A stretch of 29,311 nt of DNA from a virus: IMG/VR virus record IMGVR_UViG_3300032082_001293; one strand, 5' to 3'. Each line of letters opens with the position of its first letter. Position 1 is the stretch's first letter. Positions 1 through 8,728 of the stretch are shown here, piece by piece. The notes beneath the pieces were generated by a model. That model was not told the DNA's origin. It saw only the letters and a program-made list of their open reading frames with translations, and made no database searches. Position numbers and translations under genes: made by a program.

Positions 1-427
1 CCAAGTCAGTTGAAGAGTCACCAGAATATGGAGTTGGTGCTTCGTTGAACAGAGCTTCTGTATCAACAGCACCAGCACCAGCATTAGGTCCAGTCTTAAA
101 ACGTGACTTCATAGCGAAGATAAGACCAGTAGGACCAGTCATAGGCTGAACGCCACAAACGTCATATGCCATCAAGTTAGGCATAGCACGACGAACGAGG
201 GCGATAAGGATGGGGTCCCAGTTTGCACCACTTGAACCAGCAGCTTGGGTTACAGAAGTGTTTGTGTTTACTTCGTTAAGTTGAGCTTGTTCCATGAACG
301 CCTTCTCTTGGTTTTCCAAGATAGCAGCAGTTACAGCACGACGATGAGAATCTTTGATCTCACCCGCTGACTCTTCATTCAGAACTGGAGCCCACTTCTC
401 AACGAGTCTATCGTAAGAAATTTCCAT
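1..427 (-). CDS. gp23: Major capsid protein, 5' part (runs off the window edge)
   Basis: Not in the ORF track. Manual translation from ATG at 427: MEISYDRLVEKWAPVLNEE...RRAVTAAILENQE...WDPILIALVRRAMPNLMAYDVCGVQPMTGPTGLIFAMKSRF...EALFNEA, which carries hallmark T4 gp23 motifs. SD AAGGAG at 435-440; directly downstream of gp22. Confidence 0.98.
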   Translation of the reverse strand, partial: MEISYDRLVEKWAPVLNEESAGEIKDSHRRAVTAAILENQEKAFMEQAQLNEVNTNTSVTQAAGSSGANWDPILIALVRRAMPNLMAYDVCGVQPMTGPTGLIFAMKSRFKTGPNAGAGAVDTEALFNEAPTPYSGDSSTDL

Positions 428-445
428 TTAAATACTCCTTAAATG

Positions 446-1465
446 TTACTTTTTAGTTCTTTTGATTGCATTGAGATACATATCCATAGTAGAATTAGAT
501 TCAACTGTGGCATCCGTATCCCAATCTTCTTCGATTACTTCTTCGGTTGAAGTTACTTCTTTCTTGAAGTAAGACTCTTTCACAGTTTTAACTTTTTCTG
601 TGAATGACTCTTCGTCTTCAAAGTCGAGAGAAGAAACCAAAGAACGTAATTTTTCTACTTGCGTGTCTGCAAGGTCACGAGCGCTTTCACGGATAACCGT
701 TTCACGCTGGTACTCTTCCAACTTCTCACGCATTTCTAATACTGAACCAGTTTGGTCGTTGAGTTTTTCTTCCAACTCTTCCACTGATGCAGCGAGTTCA
801 TCAACAAGGTCTACCTTAGACTCAGGTACTTCGATGTAAGACTCAACGAACAACTCTTTCAAGTTATTCATGAAACCTTCAGCAATCTCAGTACGGAGAC
901 CAGACTCGACAGCGAGTTTGTTCTCTTCCATCCAAGTTTCAACCACATAGTTGAGGTAGTTATCAACCTTCTCAACGAGGTCTTCACGCGTTGCGTTCAG
1001 TTCTTCGTCAAGACGAGATTGATATTCATCTTCCAAACGTTCTACTTCTTCAGTAAGTTTGGAACGAATAGCAGTTTCGAAGATTACAGCAGTTTTCGCT
1101 TTGAATTCATCTGACAATGTTGCCTCTGATTCAACCAATGCCTTGAGTTCATCAGTAACAGAAAATTCTGGCAACTCAACCGCTTCGCCTTCTTCTTCTG
1201 ACATTTCAACTTCTTCCTGCATTTTTGCGTACATAGCTTGAAGTTCATGCTTTTTCATAGCATGCATCTTGCCGTACATTGCGTTGATCATACCTGCTTT
1301 AGTCTTCGGAGCAGCGGCTTGCTTAGTAGCATCGCCAGCCTTATCTACTGAATCTACTGAGTCTTTCTCAGCACCTTCAGGATCGTGACCTTTCGCTTCC
1401 TCGATTTGGTCCTCAGACGCCTCAGGAAGTTCAACATCATCAATCATGTTTTCTTGATCAGACAT
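446..1465 (-). CDS. gp22: Prohead core scaffolding protein
   Basis: Acidic coiled-coil protein with LSDEFKAKTAVIFETA, KVDNYLNYVVETWMEEN and GLRTEIAEGFM motifs; lies between gp21 and gp23. Confidence 0.95.
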   Translation of the reverse strand: MSDQENMIDDVELPEASEDQIEEAKGHDPEGAEKDSVDSVDKAGDATKQAAAPKTKAGMINAMYGKMHAMKKHELQAMYAKMQEEVEMSEEEGEAVELPEFSVTDELKALVESEATLSDEFKAKTAVIFETAIRSKLTEEVERLEDEYQSRLDEELNATREDLVEKVDNYLNYVVETWMEENKLAVESGLRTEIAEGFMNNLKELFVESYIEVPESKVDLVDELAASVEELEEKLNDQTGSVLEMREKLEEYQRETVIRESARDLADTQVEKLRSLVSSLDFEDEESFTEKVKTVKESYFKKEVTSTEEVIEEDWDTDATVESNSTMDMYLNAIKRTKK

Positions 1466-1468
1466 GTT

Positions 1469-2134
1469 TTACTCCTTAAAGTTTGTTTTGAGTAACGAGA
1501 GGAAATTTTTAAACTCACGAACCTGAGTCTCGTAGAGATCAGTACGTGGAGCCTTTTTAATTTCTGTCTCCATTTTTTCAATTTCTTGAGGTTGAATGAT
1601 ACCATTGTTCCACACCCAATCAACACCTTCCATGATGCCGTTAACAAACGCACCAGGCGCTGAAGGGTCTTGAACAATATCTACTGTGTTAAGAAGAAAA
1701 TCTTCTTTCACATACATTGTGCCATTCCTGTTCTCAAGACTACCCATACCACGAGTTGAAACACCTAGTTTGACTCCCCCATCGAGTAGACCTTTAACAA
1801 TCTGACCATTAGGAGTATCAAGAATAGATGCTTTTCCTACCACATTATTACCTTCCCATTGAAGGTCTGTAATGAGGTGAGAAACTTTATCTAGGTTAAC
1901 TGTTGGGCCTTCAGGATGATTCAATTCACCAACTGACCTTTTTTGTTTAACCTGTTCATTTACGTACTTATCTACCGCCTTTTCCATAATGGTTTTAGGA
2001 TAGATACGTCCGTTTCGATTCTTTTGTTCTGCTTGTGCGAACACGCCTTCAATGACATATGACTTACCGCCACCTTCTTTCGCTTCAGTGATAACGGTTA
2101 AATCTTGTTCTACATATTCGGCAATAAGTTTCAT
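1469..2134 (-). CDS. gp21: Prohead core protein protease
   Basis: MKLIAE start, NRNGRIYP, GELNHP (His), GVSTRGMGS (Ser) and DIVQDPSAPGAFV motifs; synteny. Confidence 0.97.
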   Translation of the reverse strand: MKLIAEYVEQDLTVITEAKEGGGKSYVIEGVFAQAEQKNRNGRIYPKTIMEKAVDKYVNEQVKQKRSVGELNHPEGPTVNLDKVSHLITDLQWEGNNVVGKASILDTPNGQIVKGLLDGGVKLGVSTRGMGSLENRNGTMYVKEDFLLNTVDIVQDPSAPGAFVNGIMEGVDWVWNNGIIQPQEIEKMETEIKKAPRTDLYETQVREFKNFLSLLKTNFKE

Positions 2135-2137
2135 TGG

Positions 2138-2347
2138 TTACATTTCCTTTGCAAATGTGACACCCATCTTCTCAGCTTCTTTCTGAGAACGATAAGTGTC
2201 TAATTTTTCGCCGTCAATATAAACGGTGAAACCCTTTGTATTTTTGTGCACCATAACGTGCACCTTACCTACCTTTTTATCGAACACATGTTCGCCAGGT
2301 GGCATTTTTTTCTTAGAGGCTTCTCTAATTTCTTTAAAATTTTTCAT
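2138..2347 (-). CDS. Small basic head/prohead-core protein (gp68 position) with capsid-targeting-like N-terminus
   Basis: 69 aa. N-terminus MKNFKEIRE-A resembles the T4 internal-protein capsid targeting sequence and contains an (I/L)xE gp21 cleavage site. Located immediately upstream of gp21. Confidence 0.65.
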   Translation of the reverse strand: MKNFKEIREASKKKMPPGEHVFDKKVGKVHVMVHKNTKGFTVYIDGEKLDTYRSQKEAEKMGVTFAKEM

Positions 2348-2353
2348 AATTAT

Positions 2354-2361
2354 TATTTATA
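2354..2361 (-). promoter_or_regulatory. T4-type late promoter TATAAATA
   Basis: Plus strand tatttata at 2354-2361, intergenic, 6 nt upstream of the ATG at 2347. Confidence 0.85.
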
Positions 2362-2366
2362 AAAAA

Positions 2367-2708
2367 TTAATTTTCTGGTTCTTCTTCTGTTTCTAAATAC
2401 TCTTCTTCATCTGTCTCAAGAGCATCTAGTTCTGTCTCGAACTCGTCATCACTAATATCGATATCGAGTTCACCATCTTCTTCTTCCGCCTCGGCAGTTT
2501 CCGGTTCGTTATTAAATACCGATTGTGCCAGAGAAACTTTACGCTGGTCTAATGCAGTACTTAAACGGTCACCAATCAGATCATTAAAAGATTTTTCTGC
2601 ATCTAAGTGATTTTCTTTTTCGATAGCTGCCAACAAATCAGCAATACGATTGTTCGGTTCAATCGGGTCTGCTTCTACTTGTGCTACCATTACATCATCA
2701 TCTGCCAT
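2367..2708 (-). CDS. Acidic prohead core protein (gp67-like)
   Basis: 113 aa with a helical segment (AEKSFNDLIGDRLSTALDQRKVSLAQSVF) and a very acidic tail; gp67 syntenic position; SD AGGAG upstream. Confidence 0.7.
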   Translation of the reverse strand: MADDDVMVAQVEADPIEPNNRIADLLAAIEKENHLDAEKSFNDLIGDRLSTALDQRKVSLAQSVFNNEPETAEAEEEDGELDIDISDDEFETELDALETDEEEYLETEEEPEN

Positions 2709-2719
2709 AATTCAAACTC

Positions 2720-3343
2720 CTATTTGAGTGCCAAAAATTCACCTTTCTTCAAGGTGTTATCAACTTTAGTATCTACTACTGTTAAATCACTATCTATGTC
2801 TTTCACTAACTGTCCATATGTACTTGCACCAGTGTTCGGTGTAGTCGATCTAGCCCAAACATACGCAGCAATATTTTCATAATCCGCTTGAGTAATAGCT
2901 GCACTTGCAACTAACTGGTCTACCAAGTTAGAACGTGTCAAGTTAACTGATACACCTTCTGCAAACAAGAATGGGTTACCACCCGCTTCTCTTGTATAAA
3001 TGTTTCCGTTTACCGTAAGAATATACGGATTCTTACTCGCAAATGGTTGTATTCTCCATCCATTCTCTAGGAAGAATGTCGAACCAACGTTCAACGTATC
3101 GTTCAACGGTTCACCACCGATAGCACTAATTGCTTCTAGTTGCCAAGATGGTAATGGATATTCTGGTGAATTTAGTACCCATTCTTTCCATGCAGAATAT
3201 ATGTCAATCTTTACATCAAGTACTGTAACACCTTCGTTTACATATATGATTTTTGCAAAAGCATCAAACGCAACCTTTTGATTAGGAAACAGATTAGGAT
3301 CCCAATTCCAATTATTACCATATTGGTGATGAATAAATGCCAT
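2720..3343 (-). CDS. Hypothetical virion protein; N-domain paralogous to the 647-aa ORF
   Basis: 207 aa. KVAFDAFAKIIYV...DIYSAWKEW...FFLENGW aligns by eye with the N-terminus of 8729..10672. TAATG coupling with the upstream gene. Confidence 0.7.
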   Translation of the reverse strand: MAFIHHQYGNNWNWDPNLFPNQKVAFDAFAKIIYVNEGVTVLDVKIDIYSAWKEWVLNSPEYPLPSWQLEAISAIGGEPLNDTLNVGSTFFLENGWRIQPFASKNPYILTVNGNIYTREAGGNPFLFAEGVSVNLTRSNLVDQLVASAAITQADYENIAAYVWARSTTPNTGASTYGQLVKDIDSDLTVVDTKVDNTLKKGEFLALK

Positions 3344-5826
3344 TACTGACTAAGTTCTTTCCACACAACATTGAATGTGATATAAGTTCGATCAGGTGCA
3401 GATGGTTGTGATCCGCCTGGCTGGAACCCAAGATCGTCTCCACCGATTGGATTGTACATAAACGTCCAAACAGGAGCAGATGGTGGTTCTGCTTCGAGCG
3501 CACCTTCGTCTGCCAAATTGTATGCTGGATTACTCCAACCCGAAGAACTGTATGCATTCAAAGATGTCTTGTAATCTAACGGATATGCATTAACACCGTT
3601 CCTTCTAACAGAGCTCAACGTGGTACTCAACAATGTTGCTCCGGAACTATTCTTAACTGTGAATGCAGTACCACCCGCAAGATCTGAGTCCAACAAGGCA
3701 TTGTTTCTACCTTCAAGGAATATTTGACCCGCATCTGAATCATAGTCGAGAACCAGTGCACTTCCCGCACCAGCAACTTGTGCACTGTCTTGACCACTTG
3801 GCGAAAGATTGTTAATCCCCACTGGAATAGTAGAAGGCGTGAAATTAATAATTCGAGTATTACGGTCATCTTCGAGCAATGACACGCCACCCGCATCACT
3901 GTCGTACAACCAAGCATCGTTACTTGACAAGAAAGACAAATAGAAGTTTTTGTTCAGTAATGTTTCGGGGCCATTGGTATCTGTAATGTCCTTGAACGTA
4001 ATTAATTGTTTGTCTTCGAAGTAGTGAACATTCCCGCCTCGTTCTGGATCTTGACCAACCTGTATTTCAACACGTTGTACGCCACGACTATACCGATCTG
4101 TTTGACCAAAAATATCTTGCAGAGGTTGTTTGCGTCTTGAAAGTCCTACTTCTGTGTTAGGTCTTACTGCGCCCCATTGAATACCGTCAAACAATTTTTC
4201 TAAGTTGACATCAAGTACACCATTCCGAATTGGTGCTCGTATAATTTCTGGGCCGTGACCAATGTGATGCCCTTTGGCATTGTATACAGAACGAATACCA
4301 TCTACGCTGGTAACTGCATCACCATCTCTTTGTATCGTAGCGTAACTGGGTGTTTCCCATTTCTCTCCTCGAAGAATACACTTCAAGAACACACGCAACT
4401 CTCCATCTGGGAAAGTCCCGTCTTCGTTAAAACAATTGAGACGAATTTGTTCTGGTGCATACAGAGAGTGGTTATCTTGTCCGGCGGCAGGAAAACCAGC
4501 AGGGTATTCAGCAACGGGACGCATTGAGGTGAGGTAATAAACACCCTGCGTATATGGAACACCCGCAGTAGTTACTTTGTTATCAATCATGAATACTTCA
4601 TCAATAGACCCCGGCTTTCCCAATTCTTGAACGGGGTCAGTTCCCGCATCTGTCCAAACACCAGCACCTAACGCATAAAAATAATCAGCACTATCTTCTG
4701 TCGGCGCAGACGTTCTCTTAGTTGCCCAACAAATAGGTCTTGCATTCAACCCGATAGCATTTGTTTGCCATCCGATGTCGGTTCGATTACTCATATCCAT
4801 TTCATGACAGATGATTCGTTCACCGTTGATGATAATACCCCAACGAATAGAACCCCCGCCTAAACTTTGATAATCGTAGAAATACTGGTTTGCCGTTGTG
4901 ACATCAAGGGTTACGCCTGATCTGTTCCCGCCGCCACCACTACCGTCCAAACGATCACCATTCCAGTTTGACTGTGGTATGACTGTTTCGGTTTGAGTAC
5001 CGTCAAAAGTTCTACGATGTACGACAGAGAGACCTGACCCAGTGAGACGGAACATAAACCCGTCAGTTGCATCAAATGGACCCCAGTTTCTCACACAGGT
5101 TGCTTTACCAGTATCAGGAATCATGGTTCCCATAATAACGAAGATACCAGAACCAAACGTTAACGGGTGATAAAGGTGTGAGGTGTTTGTTGCAAGGTCA
5201 CCAGAAGCGCCATTGCCAAGATTACCTTCTAAACCAAGACGTATCCATTTCTTACCTGAGTCCCATACAGCAGTGCCAGAACCCAAGAGAGAGTTTGCAA
5301 ATTGTGAGGGCATTGCATCAACGTCGAAAACATAATTAGCAAGAACCCTTGAGTCAGCAATACGCAGCTGACCATATGCCGCAAGTTCTGGTTGTCCTTC
5401 TGAGAATCTAATGTTTGCCGCACCGAAACGGTCAATCTCTAATCCGTACTCTGGGTTGTCGTACCCCATAATGTGGGTAGTTGGTACGTATACGTCATAT
5501 GCTTCTTTTACTTTACAAATGTTTGTACCATCATAAGAAATGGTTTCACCAGCGGCAGGAACTGCATTTTCAAACTTTGCAGTTTTATTATAGTGAACCG
5601 CAAGAATACCAGTACCATCACCTTTATCATAAACGCCGTGTACGTGCACGTCACCACCTTGAAAATTGGTAATGTCGTATCTTTCGCCGATTTTCCAAAC
5701 GTGATCAGTATCTCCACCTTGTGCATCTAATTTCTGCTCGAATTCGATCTCAGCAGTGTGTATCATGTACAGACGATCGCCAGTGCTCTCTGGTGGTATT
5801 CTTGTATATCGTTTTTCACCTGCCAT
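3343..5826 (-). CDS. Large hypothetical virion protein with a predicted beta-rich central domain
   Basis: 827-aa ORF with its own late promoter and SD GGAG. AAYGQLRIA and PQSNWNGDRLDG...LDVTTANQYFYDYQSLGGGSIRWG resemble, from memory, a widespread uncharacterised phage structural-protein family. Confidence 0.7.
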   Translation of the reverse strand: MAGEKRYTRIPPESTGDRLYMIHTAEIEFEQKLDAQGGDTDHVWKIGERYDITNFQGGDVHVHGVYDKGDGTGILAVHYNKTAKFENAVPAAGETISYDGTNICKVKEAYDVYVPTTHIMGYDNPEYGLEIDRFGAANIRFSEGQPELAAYGQLRIADSRVLANYVFDVDAMPSQFANSLLGSGTAVWDSGKKWIRLGLEGNLGNGASGDLATNTSHLYHPLTFGSGIFVIMGTMIPDTGKATCVRNWGPFDATDGFMFRLTGSGLSVVHRRTFDGTQTETVIPQSNWNGDRLDGSGGGGNRSGVTLDVTTANQYFYDYQSLGGGSIRWGIIINGERIICHEMDMSNRTDIGWQTNAIGLNARPICWATKRTSAPTEDSADYFYALGAGVWTDAGTDPVQELGKPGSIDEVFMIDNKVTTAGVPYTQGVYYLTSMRPVAEYPAGFPAAGQDNHSLYAPEQIRLNCFNEDGTFPDGELRVFLKCILRGEKWETPSYATIQRDGDAVTSVDGIRSVYNAKGHHIGHGPEIIRAPIRNGVLDVNLEKLFDGIQWGAVRPNTEVGLSRRKQPLQDIFGQTDRYSRGVQRVEIQVGQDPERGGNVHYFEDKQLITFKDITDTNGPETLLNKNFYLSFLSSNDAWLYDSDAGGVSLLEDDRNTRIINFTPSTIPVGINNLSPSGQDSAQVAGAGSALVLDYDSDAGQIFLEGRNNALLDSDLAGGTAFTVKNSSGATLLSTTLSSVRRNGVNAYPLDYKTSLNAYSSSGWSNPAYNLADEGALEAEPPSAPVWTFMYNPIGGDDLGFQPGGSQPSAPDRTYITFNVVWKELSQ

Positions 5827-5862
5827 TTATTGCTCCAAAAAAATTCTTGCGTTAATACTCTT

Positions 5863-5870
5863 TATTTATA
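5863..5870 (-). promoter_or_regulatory. T4-type late promoter TATAAATA
   Basis: Plus strand tatttata, intergenic between the stop at 5878 and the start at 5826. Confidence 0.85.
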
Positions 5871-5877
5871 AGTTTTT

Positions 5878-7935
5878 TTATGCTGGGTCTCGATAGTTTC
5901 TGTCACCGACCTGCGTCAGTGGTATGTTACCTGTTTCAGCTGAATTGTTTAATGATAGAATAGGGTTTGACCCAGTTCTAAATGCCAAGATATCTATCAC
6001 GTTTCCTACCGGAGTTGAAAACTGAAACCTTGCGTCTACTTTCTCTACTGTGACTGTTTTAGAATTTGCACCAGTAATTGCGGTTCCAAACGCAGAAGTA
6101 AACCCAGAAGAAAGCGTTTTTGTTATTATCGAAGTTGTAGTCGGTGCTGTTGGGTCTGCATCAACCTCAAACTCATCAAACAATTGTAATGATGGGTTGG
6201 TATCATCATCTCGAACTACGATTCGTATCTTGTCACCATCGGCTAATGCTCTAGGATTAGTTGCGTTTGTGTCCTGTAACACGCCAGGGAAATTACTAAA
6301 CACAGCAGAACCTACTGCATCAATCGTAACGAATGTACCACCAGTATTGATTTGATAATAGTTTGTATTGTCTCCAACAAATGTGTCTGCACTTATTCTC
6401 TCAGTTGACGAAACAGTTGTCACACTCGGGGCGGGTAATGAAGTTGCAGAGTATGGGGATGGATTGTCTAGTACACTAATCTCTGTGTTACCTAACAAAC
6501 GAGTTAAAGAAACCGTAGCGGCTTCAACAATCGAAACTGTCCCTGCTCCAAGATTTTGAATTGATGGTACGGTAGAATTGTTAACTATGTTGATTGTTAA
6601 TGTTTGACTTGTTGCTACATTAACTTCTATTGCTGCACTATCTGTTCCAGTCGTACCAACAAAATCTCCAGTAGTCCCCGCAGTATAACCCGAAAGTGTG
6701 TTATTTGAAAAGTTAATTGATTTGGTTTGTGCAACCGACCCAAGACGTATTGCGTGATTAGATCTATTGGGAGTTGAGGTAAAACTACAACCAGTTATTA
6801 GACTTATATCATTTCCTGAATCACTTACGTGCAATGCGTGAGCTGAATCGTGTGTTGTTTCAAAATCACAATTGGTAAAGGTCGCACCATTTTGTCTAAC
6901 AACATCAGCTCTTCGAAAGGTTACATCCTGATTCGTAGAATTAGAACCAAAGTTAAAGAAACCCATATCGGTAAATGAACAACCTTTAAAGTTCGTAGCT
7001 GCGTTATCGTTAACAATTAGATTTCCTCTCGCAGAATCAATTGTAGTACCATACGCACTTCCTTTGGAGAATACGATGTTTCCCCATATAATATTCGAAT
7101 TTGCGTTACTAATTTCAATCAGATTAAATTCAGGATAACAATATCGAGTATCATCAATCAAGATACTCTGATTCGAATCTTCAAATAGAAGCGATGTCGC
7201 GGATGTGCCTAGTTCTAGTCTTCCTTTATAAAGGTATCCTGCCGCAGTTTCTTGAAATATTCCCCAACGGTTAGCTTCCAAGTCGTTTTGTGTAGCCATA
7301 TCATCGAAGGTACCAGCGGGTGCTCCACCAGTAAATGTTATAGACGCTCTTCCCCAACGAACCGCATCTACTGCGTGACCCTGACCACGGTTCAAACCAA
7401 TTCTAGGATTAGGTGTTGCGGTCAGTGCGGTATATGTTCCAGCGGTAGGCGTACCTTCTTGAATTGCCGCTTTAGTCGAAGCCGTTGAGGGGTCAATTGC
7501 GATATTAGTCCAACCACCATATGGATACGTACCGTAATCTCTTCCACCTACTGCCCAATGATAAGAATTACCATCACCAGAACCTATACCTAAAAAATAT
7601 CCAGCCTCAGTGCCAGGCGCGTTCAGGCTTGGAAACGCTTGACCAAGACCTTGGGTTTCATTAAATGGGTTAAGTGCATTGGGAAAAAGAAAGTACCACC
7701 AAAGGAGAAAAACGTCTGTCCCATCTGTGAAACCAGCGGGGTCAGTAACCGCTTGATACATTGCTCCACACGCACCAGATTTGTTCGCCCGAAGCGCTTG
7801 GGAACTACAATCGTTTCCTTGCAGGTATGCTTCTGCATCAACAATTGGCGTCGAACCACCAGTGTCTCGGGCTGGTTCGCCCCAAGCACCATCGGTGTAG
7901 ATATCGTTTAAGTCTGTGGTGGGTGTGTTAGCCAT
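5878..7935 (-). CDS. Hypothetical virion protein with a beta-helix-like middle region and C-terminal RNYRDPA tail
   Basis: 685 aa, T/G/N/S-rich; repeats such as FKGCSFT, FTNCDFE, ITGCSFT and FSNNTLS suggest a right-handed beta-helix; ends DRNYRDPA*. Confidence 0.7.
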   Translation of the reverse strand: MANTPTTDLNDIYTDGAWGEPARDTGGSTPIVDAEAYLQGNDCSSQALRANKSGACGAMYQAVTDPAGFTDGTDVFLLWWYFLFPNALNPFNETQGLGQAFPSLNAPGTEAGYFLGIGSGDGNSYHWAVGGRDYGTYPYGGWTNIAIDPSTASTKAAIQEGTPTAGTYTALTATPNPRIGLNRGQGHAVDAVRWGRASITFTGGAPAGTFDDMATQNDLEANRWGIFQETAAGYLYKGRLELGTSATSLLFEDSNQSILIDDTRYCYPEFNLIEISNANSNIIWGNIVFSKGSAYGTTIDSARGNLIVNDNAATNFKGCSFTDMGFFNFGSNSTNQDVTFRRADVVRQNGATFTNCDFETTHDSAHALHVSDSGNDISLITGCSFTSTPNRSNHAIRLGSVAQTKSINFSNNTLSGYTAGTTGDFVGTTGTDSAAIEVNVATSQTLTINIVNNSTVPSIQNLGAGTVSIVEAATVSLTRLLGNTEISVLDNPSPYSATSLPAPSVTTVSSTERISADTFVGDNTNYYQINTGGTFVTIDAVGSAVFSNFPGVLQDTNATNPRALADGDKIRIVVRDDDTNPSLQLFDEFEVDADPTAPTTTSIITKTLSSGFTSAFGTAITGANSKTVTVEKVDARFQFSTPVGNVIDILAFRTGSNPILSLNNSAETGNIPLTQVGDRNYRDPA

Positions 7936-8398
7936 TGTTCATCTTTACCAATTTTAGAAATTTTTTGAGAAGATCAAATTTTTCCACACCATCACGGGGA
8001 TATAACATAGGTTGTAATGTGTCGTGTTTTCTTAAAACTACACTGTATCCTTGTTGATTAAAAACTTTTATTTGATTCATACCGTGTTCACTTATTGTGA
8101 CTTCTGCTCTCACTGTTCCTATGAACATTTCTTCATCAATTTTTTCAAAAATAATTCCACACTTATCTGGTCGCATAAACAAAGGCGCCTTTTCGTGTTG
8201 TGCATAAGAACAGAAAAAATCTCTACATATTTTCGGACGTTCTTCGTGCACTTTACAACCCACATTTTTCTCGCAATAACCGCACATTTCTCCTGCTGGA
8301 GAATCTATGACAATTGTTTCAATAATATTACCTTGTGTTGCTTTTAATGATTTTACTTCAAGTAATTCGCAACATTCGGTGCATTCACCGCATTCCAT
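7928..8398 (-). CDS. YkgJ/FliB-type CxxCxxCC cysteine-cluster (Fe-S/Zn) protein
   Basis: Begins MECGECTECC and contains CGYCEKNVGCKVHEERPKICRDFFC, the typical two-part motif of the PF03692 family. Confidence 0.85.
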   Translation of the reverse strand: MECGECTECCELLEVKSLKATQGNIIETIVIDSPAGEMCGYCEKNVGCKVHEERPKICRDFFCSYAQHEKAPLFMRPDKCGIIFEKIDEEMFIGTVRAEVTISEHGMNQIKVFNQQGYSVVLRKHDTLQPMLYPRDGVEKFDLLKKFLKLVKMNNG

Positions 8399-8405
8399 AA
8401 TATGC

Positions 8406-8672
8406 TCAATCGTTTAAATGACTTTCAATTTCCCCTACAAGACCCTCGTCCATTTCTTTTTTAAATGATAACACATCATCCAAATTGAACCACCATGTTG
8501 GTTCAGTTGTTTCAACATTTTCATTAAATGAAATTGTACCATCTTCATTGTAGTTTAATTCTTCATCACCAACAAGTTGAATCGGAAGCCGTTTCTCATT
8601 GTTCGCAATATAAAGAACCTCATCGGCACTTCGATTAAGTATTTCACTGGCTTGTTCTAAAGATATTTTCAT
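8406..8672 (-). CDS. Excisionase/MerR-like helix-turn-helix protein (HTH_17-like)
   Basis: ATG at 8672 with SD GAGGA is preferred over TTG at 8684. ISLEQASEILNRSADEVLYIANNEKRLP...WWFNLDDVLSFK fits the winged HTH_17 pattern, with an acidic insertion in the wing. Confidence 0.6.
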   Translation of the reverse strand: MKISLEQASEILNRSADEVLYIANNEKRLPIQLVGDEELNYNEDGTISFNENVETTEPTWWFNLDDVLSFKKEMDEGLVGEIESHLND

Positions 8673-8682
8673 AATATTCCTC

Positions 8683-8715
8683 AAAAAAAAAATTAAGGGG
8701 CCCCGAAGGACCCCT
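8683..8715 (-). terminator. Rho-independent terminator with cUUCGg tetraloop
   Basis: Minus strand AGGGGTCC-TTCG-GGGCCCCT followed by TAA and T10, 13 nt after the stop of the 647-aa gene. Confidence 0.92.
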
Positions 8716-8728
8716 CGTGTTCATTTTA

